A stretch of DNA of 64,000 nucleotides. Origin: Candidatus Eiseniibacteriota bacterium. Its GTDB lineage: Bacteria; Eisenbacteria; RBG-16-71-46; CAZAMP01. This document shows positions 57,392 to 64,000 of the stretch, one piece after another (positions within the stretch are counted from its first letter, which is position 1; each line of letters opens with the position of its first letter). The position numbers were made by a program, and so were the translations under genes. The notes under the pieces were generated by a model. That model saw only the letters and a list, made by a program, of their open reading frames with translations. It searched no databases and had not been told where the DNA came from. The stretch covers positions 4,960,001-5,024,000 of the forward strand of contig OZ245046.1 in the NCBI GenBank assembly GCA_965224245.1. The letters are read 5' to 3'.

Positions 57392-60300
57392 GTGAACGTC
57401 ACCCGCGCCGCGATCGAGAAGAGCACCGTCACGCTGGTCGCGCTCACGTGTGTCGTGCTGGGCGGCCTGTCGGCGTACCGCACGCTCCCGCGCTCGGAGG
57501 ATCCGGGCTTCGTCATTCGCACGGCCCTCGTCCAGACCGTCTTTCCCGGCGCGAGCCCCGAACGCGTCGAGCTCCTCGTGACCGACAAGCTCGAGAAGGC
57601 GATCCAGGAGATTCCGGAGCTCGACTACGTATCCAGCACCTCGAAGACCGGCATCTCGATCATCTACGTGAACATCCTGGAGAGCGAGACGCACATGCGT
57701 CCCATCTGGGACGACCTTCGCCGGAAGGTCGAGCGGGTCAGGAGCGAGCTGCCCGAGGGCATCATCGGCCCCAGCGTGAACGACGAGTTCGGCGACGTCT
57801 TCGGTACCGTGATCACGATCGTCGGCGAGGGCTTCAGCTACGCCGAGCTGAAGAACGTGGCGGACGAGGTGCGCGACGAGTTCCTGCTCCTGCCCGACGT
57901 GGCCAAGGTGGATCTCTACGGTGCTCAGGACGAGCGCATCTTCGTCGAGTACAGCAACGCCCGTTTGGCCGAGCTCGGCATGTCGCCCCATCAGCTCCGG
58001 ACGGCGCTGTCGGGACTCAACATCATCATTCCCGGCGGCGAGATCCAGAGCGGCCGGGAGCGGGTGGCGCTCGAGCCTTCGGGCAACTTCCAGTCCGTGG
58101 ACGACATCCGTCGCTCGATCATCAACGTCCCCGGCAGCCGCGACCTGGTGTTCCTCGAGGACATCGCCGAGGTGACGCGCGGCTACGTCGATCCGCCCAC
58201 GGCGCGCGCGCGGGCGAGCGGCGAGAACGCGATCGCGCTGGCCATCTCCATGCGAGAGGGCGGCAACATCGTCGATCTCGGAGACCAGGTGCTGGCCACG
58301 CTGGATCGGATCGAAACCCAGTACCCGATCGGGATCGAGTTCGACCTGCAGCTCTTTCAGCCGCGGGAGGTATCGGAGATCGTCGACGGATTCGTGTCGA
58401 ACCTCCTCCAGGCGATCGGCATCGTGATGGTGGTGATGCTGTTCAGCCTCGGCGTGCGGACCGGGCTGATCGTGGCGAGCTTGATCCCGTCGGCGATGAT
58501 CCTGAGCCTTCTCGTCATGTCGGTGTTCGGGATCGGGCTCAATCAGATGTCGCTGGCGGCGCTGATCATCGCGCTCGGGCTCCTGGTGGACAACGCGATC
58601 GTCATGTCGGAGTCCATCATGGTCCAGATGACGGCCGGGAAGTCCGGCATCAGGGCCGCCGTGGACTCCGCGAGCGAGCTCCGCGTCCCGCTCCTGACGT
58701 CGTCGCTGACCACGGCCGCGGCGTTCATGCCCATCGCGCTGGCCGAGTCGGCGGTCGGCGAGTACACCGCGCCGATCTTCTACGTGGTCTCGATCGCGCT
58801 GCTCTCGTCGTGGGTGCTCTCTCTGACGATCATCCCGCTCTTCTGTGCCAAGGGCCTTCGTGTCCAGCCGACCGGGGCGAACGATGGAGACACGTTCGAC
58901 GGGCGATGGTATCGCCTCTACCGGTCGTGGCTGACCGGCGCGCTCGGAAGGCCGCTCGTGTTTCTGCTCGCGGTCGTCCTGATTTTCGTCGGCGTCATGG
59001 GGCTCATGCGGTTCGTGCCCAACATCTTCTTCCCGGGCAAGGACGTGACGTTCTTCACCGTGGAGTTCCAGTTTCCCACCGGTACGGACTTCCGGTACAC
59101 CGAGTCGGCCGTCCGGGACGTGGAATCCTACATGGGCGAGACCCTGATGGCGCCGGCCCCCGGCGAGCCCGGCATCCAGAAGTGGGTCACCTACGTCGGC
59201 GAGGGCGGGCCGCGGTTTCAGCTGCCCTTCAACCCCGAGCCTCCAAACCCCGGCTACGCGTTGACGGTGATCAACGCCACCAGCAAGCGCGACTTCGACC
59301 TCATCACCCCCGCGATCGAGACCTACTGCCGTGATCGATACCCGGACATGAAGACGACGATCACCGAGATCGCCAACGGTCCGCCGGTGGCCAGTCCGGT
59401 GGAGATCCGGATCCGGGGACGCGAGCAGGATCGCATCTTCGACATCGTCGACCGGGTCAAGGCCGAGCTGGCGTCGATTCCCGGCACCAAGAACATCGAC
59501 GACGACTGGGGCGTCCGCACCAAGAAGCTCGTCGTCCGCGTGGACCAGGCGCGTGCCCAGCGGGCCGGCATCAGCAGCCAGGATGTGGCGCTTTCCCTCC
59601 AGACGACCCTGAGCGGGCTCGAGCTCTCGCAGTACCGTGAGGGCGATCAGGTGATCCCGATCAGCCTCCGATCGGTGGAAGCCGACCGGCAGGATCTCGG
59701 CAAGCTGGAGAGCCTCAACGTGTACTCCCAGGCCACCGGGCGGGCGGTCCCGCTCAAGCAGGTGGCCGACGTCGAGATGGTCTGGGAGCCCTCGAAGATC
59801 CTCCGTCGCGATCGGCTGCCCACGGTGAACGTGTCTTGTCAGATCGACGAGAGCGTCACTGCGTCCGACGTGTTCACGGCGATCGCGCCCTGGCTCGAGG
59901 CACAGGCGCCGAGCTGGGGGCTCGGATACGGCTACGAGTTCGGTGGGGAAGCCGAGGCGTCCGTGACCGCGCAGGCGTCGGTCATGGCCAAGCTCCCGAT
60001 CGCGGCGCTGGTGATCGTGCTGCTCCTGGTCGCGCAGTTCAACAGCGTCCGCAAGCCGGTGATCATCCTGCTGACGATCCCGCTGGGACTGATCGGCGTG
60101 GTCATCGGACTCCTGGTGGCCGATTCGTACTTCGGGTTCATGACCTTTCTCGGGGTCATCTCGCTCTCGGGAATCGTGATCAACAACGCGATCGTGCTGC
60201 TCGACCGCATTCAGATCGAGATCGACGCCGGACTCGAGCCGGCGGCCGCGATCGTCGAGGCCTCGCAGCGCCGGCTGAGGCCGATTCTCCTGACCACGCT

Positions 60301-60472
60301 GACCACCATCGGCGGTCTGATCCCGCTCTGGATCGGGGGCGGCGCCATGTTCGAGACGATGGCGATCGCGATCCTGTTCGGGCTCTTCTTCGCCACCGGA
60401 CTCACGCTGGGGGTGGTGCCGGTACTGTACGCGGTCCTGTTCCGGGTGCGGGTCCGCAAGGCCGGAGCCTGA
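57392..60472 (+). CDS. RND efflux permease (AcrB/AcrD/AcrF family)
   Basis: PGASPERVE, GLLVDNAIV, GIVINNAIV, RLRPILLT; 1026 aa. Confidence 0.96.
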   Translation: MNVTRAAIEKSTVTLVALTCVVLGGLSAYRTLPRSEDPGFVIRTALVQTVFPGASPERVELLVTDKLEKAIQEIPELDYVSSTSKTGISIIYVNILESETHMRPIWDDLRRKVERVRSELPEGIIGPSVNDEFGDVFGTVITIVGEGFSYAELKNVADEVRDEFLLLPDVAKVDLYGAQDERIFVEYSNARLAELGMSPHQLRTALSGLNIIIPGGEIQSGRERVALEPSGNFQSVDDIRRSIINVPGSRDLVFLEDIAEVTRGYVDPPTARARASGENAIALAISMREGGNIVDLGDQVLATLDRIETQYPIGIEFDLQLFQPREVSEIVDGFVSNLLQAIGIVMVVMLFSLGVRTGLIVASLIPSAMILSLLVMSVFGIGLNQMSLAALIIALGLLVDNAIVMSESIMVQMTAGKSGIRAAVDSASELRVPLLTSSLTTAAAFMPIALAESAVGEYTAPIFYVVSIALLSSWVLSLTIIPLFCAKGLRVQPTGANDGDTFDGRWYRLYRSWLTGALGRPLVFLLAVVLIFVGVMGLMRFVPNIFFPGKDVTFFTVEFQFPTGTDFRYTESAVRDVESYMGETLMAPAPGEPGIQKWVTYVGEGGPRFQLPFNPEPPNPGYALTVINATSKRDFDLITPAIETYCRDRYPDMKTTITEIANGPPVASPVEIRIRGREQDRIFDIVDRVKAELASIPGTKNIDDDWGVRTKKLVVRVDQARAQRAGISSQDVALSLQTTLSGLELSQYREGDQVIPISLRSVEADRQDLGKLESLNVYSQATGRAVPLKQVADVEMVWEPSKILRRDRLPTVNVSCQIDESVTASDVFTAIAPWLEAQAPSWGLGYGYEFGGEAEASVTAQASVMAKLPIAALVIVLLLVAQFNSVRKPVIILLTIPLGLIGVVIGLLVADSYFGFMTFLGVISLSGIVINNAIVLLDRIQIEIDAGLEPAAAIVEASQRRLRPILLTTLTTIGGLIPLWIGGGAMFETMAIAILFGLFFATGLTLGVVPVLYAVLFRVRVRKAGA

Positions 60473-60558
60473 GCGGCAGCGCGGGAGGTCGTCGCCGTCG
60501 TGGGCGGCGTCCCCGTCGTCGTCGGGCGCGGATCCGGGGACGAGCCGTCGACGCCGGG

Positions 60559-62412
60559 TCACGCGTCGAGGTCGAGGCGCTCCTCGCGCACGGGGCATTG
60601 CGGCTCGTCCCGCTCGGCGAGCACGCGGGTGATGGTCCGCGTCAGATCGGCGGCGGTGAACGGCTTCGCGATGAACGCATCGGCCGTCTCGTCGACCCGG
60701 TCGGTGTCTCGATGTGGGTAGCCCGACATGAACACCACCGGAACGTGGACGCCGCGAGCGCGCACCGCCTTGGCCAGATCGAAGCCGTCGCCGTCCGGCA
60801 TCACGACGTCGGTCAGGATCAGATCGATGTGATCGCGGTCGTCGTCGAGCAGTGCGAGCGCCTCCTGCATGCCGGCCGCGAGCAGCACCCCGAGCCCACA
60901 CGTCTCCAGCATGCGCCCGAGCAGGGTTCGCACGCTCGACTCGTCCTCGACCACGAGCGCCATCCGGGTCGCCCGGGTGCCGGGCGTCGCACGCACCGCG
61001 GCGTCACCGGCGGTGCGCTCGATCGCGGCGGGTAGCCTCACCGTGAACGTCGAGCCGGCACGCGGCGCACTTCGCACCCGGATCTCTCCTCCGAGCTGCT
61101 GGACGATTCCGTAGACCGTCGCCAGACCGAGACCCGTGCCCTGACCGATCTCCTTGGTGGTGAAGAAGGGCTCGAACACACGCTCCTGGGAGACCGGATC
61201 GATGCCGATGCCGTCGTCCTGGACCGTCAGCGAGACGAACGTGCGCTCGCCAGGCGCGGTCGGCTCGGTCGACCCGCCGGCGGACGTGGAGATCGCGATC
61301 ACGCCGCCGTCGGGCATCGCGTCCCGAGCGTTCAGAGCGAGGTTCAGCACGATCTGCTCGATCTGCCCGGGATCGGCCATGACGGCGACCTCGCGTGCGT
61401 CGAGCTCGAGGGTGATCGAGACGTCGTCCTCCACGAGCCGTTCCAGAACCTCCGCGACGTCGCGTACGACGGCGTTGAGGTCCACGCGCTCGGCCGGAAG
61501 AGGCTGGCGTCTGGCGAACGTCAGGAGCTGTCGCGTAATGGACGCCGCCCGCTCGGCCGCACGGCGGGCCTGCTCGAGAACCCGGGTGTTCGCGGTGGCG
61601 GAGGCGCCCTCGCGAGAAGCGAGGTCCAGCCCGCCCAGGATCACGGTCAGGAGGTTGTTGAAGTCGTGCGCGATCCCTCCCGCCAGTCGGCCGATTGCGT
61701 CCATCTTGTGGCCCTGGACGAGCTGCTGCTGGGCGTGCTCCAGCCGCTCCAGGCTCTCGCGAAGCTGCGCGTTCGCGGTCTCGAGCGCCAGACCGCGCGT
61801 GCGGAGCGCGTCCCGTAGACGCGCGTTCTGCAGGACACGCTCGAGGTGTCCGGCCAGAAGGGCCAGAAACGCTCCGTCCTCCCGAGAGGGCCGCGGCCTG
61901 AAGAAGCTGCCACGGCTCTCGGCCCTCTTCTGACCGGCCACGTACGCCACCAGGTCTCCATCGTCCAGGCGAAGCGGGACCACGAGCACCGAGCCGTCCG
62001 GCGACTCCGCCGATGACGAGACGAGCGGCGACGCCGGCGCGAGCGACGCCAGGTCGTACACGCCGGCCGCGGTCAAGGTGCCGATCCAGGCGGTGACCTC
62101 GGCGGTCGCGTTCCACGGTGCCGGCGGCACCTCGCCCACGATCACCCATCGATCCTCGGGATCTCGATGGGCGGCGGTGACGACGTCGAGGTCGAACGTC
62201 TCGGCGACGAGCTTCAGGGCGCGCGACATCAGGCACTGGCGCGTCTCCTCGACCGGGCTCTCCAGCACCAGCTCGCTCAGCGCACGGATGCGACCCAGCT
62301 CCCGGTCGAGCTGTCCCTGCGATCGCGAGAGTCGGTGCTCGGTCCGGACCAGCAGCTTGACCTGCTCGTGAAGACGCTCCGGATCGCCGGGCGAGGAGGA
62401 TCGCTCCGTCAC
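60559..62412 (-). CDS. Cytoplasmic hybrid histidine kinase with intact REC domain
   Basis: AGGIAHDFNNLL, NARDAM, FEPFFTTK, GTGLGL; LTDVVMP; GTGA overlap with FIST gene. Confidence 0.92.
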   Translation of the reverse strand: MTERSSSPGDPERLHEQVKLLVRTEHRLSRSQGQLDRELGRIRALSELVLESPVEETRQCLMSRALKLVAETFDLDVVTAAHRDPEDRWVIVGEVPPAPWNATAEVTAWIGTLTAAGVYDLASLAPASPLVSSSAESPDGSVLVVPLRLDDGDLVAYVAGQKRAESRGSFFRPRPSREDGAFLALLAGHLERVLQNARLRDALRTRGLALETANAQLRESLERLEHAQQQLVQGHKMDAIGRLAGGIAHDFNNLLTVILGGLDLASREGASATANTRVLEQARRAAERAASITRQLLTFARRQPLPAERVDLNAVVRDVAEVLERLVEDDVSITLELDAREVAVMADPGQIEQIVLNLALNARDAMPDGGVIAISTSAGGSTEPTAPGERTFVSLTVQDDGIGIDPVSQERVFEPFFTTKEIGQGTGLGLATVYGIVQQLGGEIRVRSAPRAGSTFTVRLPAAIERTAGDAAVRATPGTRATRMALVVEDESSVRTLLGRMLETCGLGVLLAAGMQEALALLDDDRDHIDLILTDVVMPDGDGFDLAKAVRARGVHVPVVFMSGYPHRDTDRVDETADAFIAKPFTAADLTRTITRVLAERDEPQCPVREERLDLDA

Positions 62413-63623
62413 GCACGGACCTCGTCGTAGAGCGCACACAGAACGACGGTGTAGTTGTGGTAGTACGGCCGGCTCCCGATCGGGGCGATCTCGCCGTAGG
62501 TGTGGAATCCGATCCACGGAACGTCCCGGCCGGCGGTGTTCTGTAGCGGACGCACGATGTGGTCGCTCGCCGAGCTCCCGAACAGGATCCGACCCCGCCC
62601 CGCGCAATCGAACTGGAACACGGCGACCGGCGCTCGATCACTCTCGACGTCCCAGATCTGTCGCACACATGCCTTGGCGCTCTCGGTGATGCGCTCCCGG
62701 TCCCGGCGCGTGATGCGGATGGTCTGGTCCTGCTGGATGCCGCCGCCCGGGAAGTGGAGCGCCCCGCTGGCCTGGTCGAGCTTCAAGGGCGTCCGGATGA
62801 CGTGCGTGCCGTAGGACGAGGCGCGGAGGCTTTCGGCGAGCGGGAGTCCCACGCACAGGTGGGCCATGCCCTCCGCGTTGAGGTCCGCCGGATCGCCGTC
62901 GAGATACTCCTTGAAGACGGCCCACGCGGGCTCGTCGTCGATCTCGATCACCCACTCCGCGTCGACCTTCGTGACGCGACGCTCCAGGCCGATCGGGGTA
63001 CAGCCGTGGCTCACCGCCACCCGGAGCGAGCCGCCGCGAACGAGCAGCGCCGACGCCGCGCCGGTGTGAACCTCGCCGTCGAGGTACTGGTACGTGCGGT
63101 CGAACGTCATCGCATCGCCGGACGTCCCGCCGACGATGATGGGGCAGCCGCCCTCCAGTCCGGTCTTGAGGCCGGCCAGAAACGACGTGCAGTTCCCACT
63201 CAGACCGTCGGGAAACACGAACATCCCCGTGATCCCGTCGAGATCGCGACCGACTCGCTCGGCCAGCTCGGTACCGGCGCCCGCGGGATCGGCCGCATAG
63301 CGGGTCGTGAGCATCGGCTCGAACGACAGCGTCCCGGACCGGATCGCCATGACGACGACCGCGTGCTCGCACTCGTCGGAGTGCGAGCGAGAGATGACGC
63401 CCTCGCCCGAGCAGCCCACGATCCGGGCGCTGCCCGCCACCCTGGCGACGCCGTCGAGGATCGCGCGCTGATCGTGACATGCGGTGGCGAACACGAGGCA
63501 CACGTCCGCCGGTCCATCCAGCGGACGGCAAGCCTCGCCGGCGGCCGCGACCGACGCCGCCCGGCTGTCGTCGTCGAGGCTCCGGCCTGTGCCGACGCGT
63601 GTGGTCACCTGGGTCCTCACCAT
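62409..63623 (-). CDS. FIST-domain (NosP-like) sensory protein
   Basis: IVGCSGEG, IVGGTSGD, SHGCTPIG, FDCAGR, GFHTYGEI, HNYT. Confidence 0.92.
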   Translation of the reverse strand: MVRTQVTTRVGTGRSLDDDSRAASVAAAGEACRPLDGPADVCLVFATACHDQRAILDGVARVAGSARIVGCSGEGVISRSHSDECEHAVVVMAIRSGTLSFEPMLTTRYAADPAGAGTELAERVGRDLDGITGMFVFPDGLSGNCTSFLAGLKTGLEGGCPIIVGGTSGDAMTFDRTYQYLDGEVHTGAASALLVRGGSLRVAVSHGCTPIGLERRVTKVDAEWVIEIDDEPAWAVFKEYLDGDPADLNAEGMAHLCVGLPLAESLRASSYGTHVIRTPLKLDQASGALHFPGGGIQQDQTIRITRRDRERITESAKACVRQIWDVESDRAPVAVFQFDCAGRGRILFGSSASDHIVRPLQNTAGRDVPWIGFHTYGEIAPIGSRPYYHNYTVVLCALYDEVRA

Positions 63624-63678
63624 CGTGGGTCGCGGAGCTCGTGAGTGGCTCGACCGGGAAACGGCTCCATCATGATAC

Positions 63679-63707
63679 AAAAACGCCCCGGGGCGAACCC
63701 CGGGGCG
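63679..63707 (-). terminator. Rho-independent terminator
   Basis: Minus strand CGCCCCGGGG-TTCG-CCCCGGGGCG-TTTTT. Confidence 0.9.
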
Positions 63708-63733
63708 CGATCGAAACGGACTCGAAGGTCGGC

Positions 63734-64000
63734 TCAGTCGTTGTACGTCGACTTGATGTGTCCCCAGCTGCTCTCGACGACGGGCGTGCCACCGCACTCG
63801 GAGCAGTCCTCGACGACGACGCCGCCGAGCGTCGAACACTGACCTTCGAGGACCTCGAAGCAATCGGTGTTGTCGACGCAGCACAGCTCGGTCCGGCCCA
63901 TGCCGACGCAGTTCAGGATGACCTGCTCGATGGCATCGGCCGTGCCGGCGCCGGAGGCGTCGGTCTCGCCGTACACGCCACCGGTCGTGGCCGCGTAGTC
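63734..64000 (-). CDS. C-terminal part of a probable secreted protein (possible vWA end) with SWGxIKxxY tail
   Basis: Open from the window edge: DYAATTGGVY...CCVDNTDC...TPVVESSWGHIKSTYND*. Confidence 0.75.
   Translation of the reverse strand, partial: DYAATTGGVYGETDASGAGTADAIEQVILNCVGMGRTELCCVDNTDCFEVLEGQCSTLGGVVVEDCSECGGTPVVESSWGHIKSTYND

Noticed and set aside
1-64000. Mobile elements or prophage
   Set aside because: No transposase, integrase or phage structural genes, terminal repeats, or clear compositional island seen

Overview
A 64 kb GC-rich, gene-dense bacterial segment with about 39 CDSs. I found no rRNA, tRNA, CRISPR array or transposase. Several proteins end in PNPF/FlgD-Ig 'sorting' domains and one ends in an SWGxIKxxY tail, which suggests (inference only) an FCB-adjacent diderm lineage such as Eisenbacteria, Krumholzibacteriota or Latescibacterota. 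The main blocks are: (1) 1-9.2 kb, a minus-strand cluster of CsgG-like protein, beta-barrel, Cys-rich secreted protein, ECF sigma, zf-HC2 anti-sigma and a lipoprotein TPR-CHAT protease, with the same ECF-type promoter motif (CGTAAC-N16-CGACsT) at its head and before the next secreted gene; (2) 9.4-19.4 kb, secreted hydrolase-like proteins; (3) 19.5-28.2 kb, nuclease, RRM and housekeeping genes, including a structured RRM-gene leader; (4) 28.6-39.5 kb, a four-gene secreted operon (catalytically dead transglutaminase-like giant, gluzincin, QW-repeat/CARDB protein, FN3-FlgD protein); (5) 39.7-53.5 kb, signalling genes (YfiR/CHASE8 kinase, Ser/Thr kinase, GAFTGA-less enhancer-binding protein, two more ECF sigmas); (6) 53.8-60.5 kb, an RND pump whose TolC is fused to a solute-binding-like domain; (7) a FIST-kinase pair. 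The best candidates for undescribed systems are blocks 1 and 4. All domain calls are from motif recognition by eye; no database searches were run.
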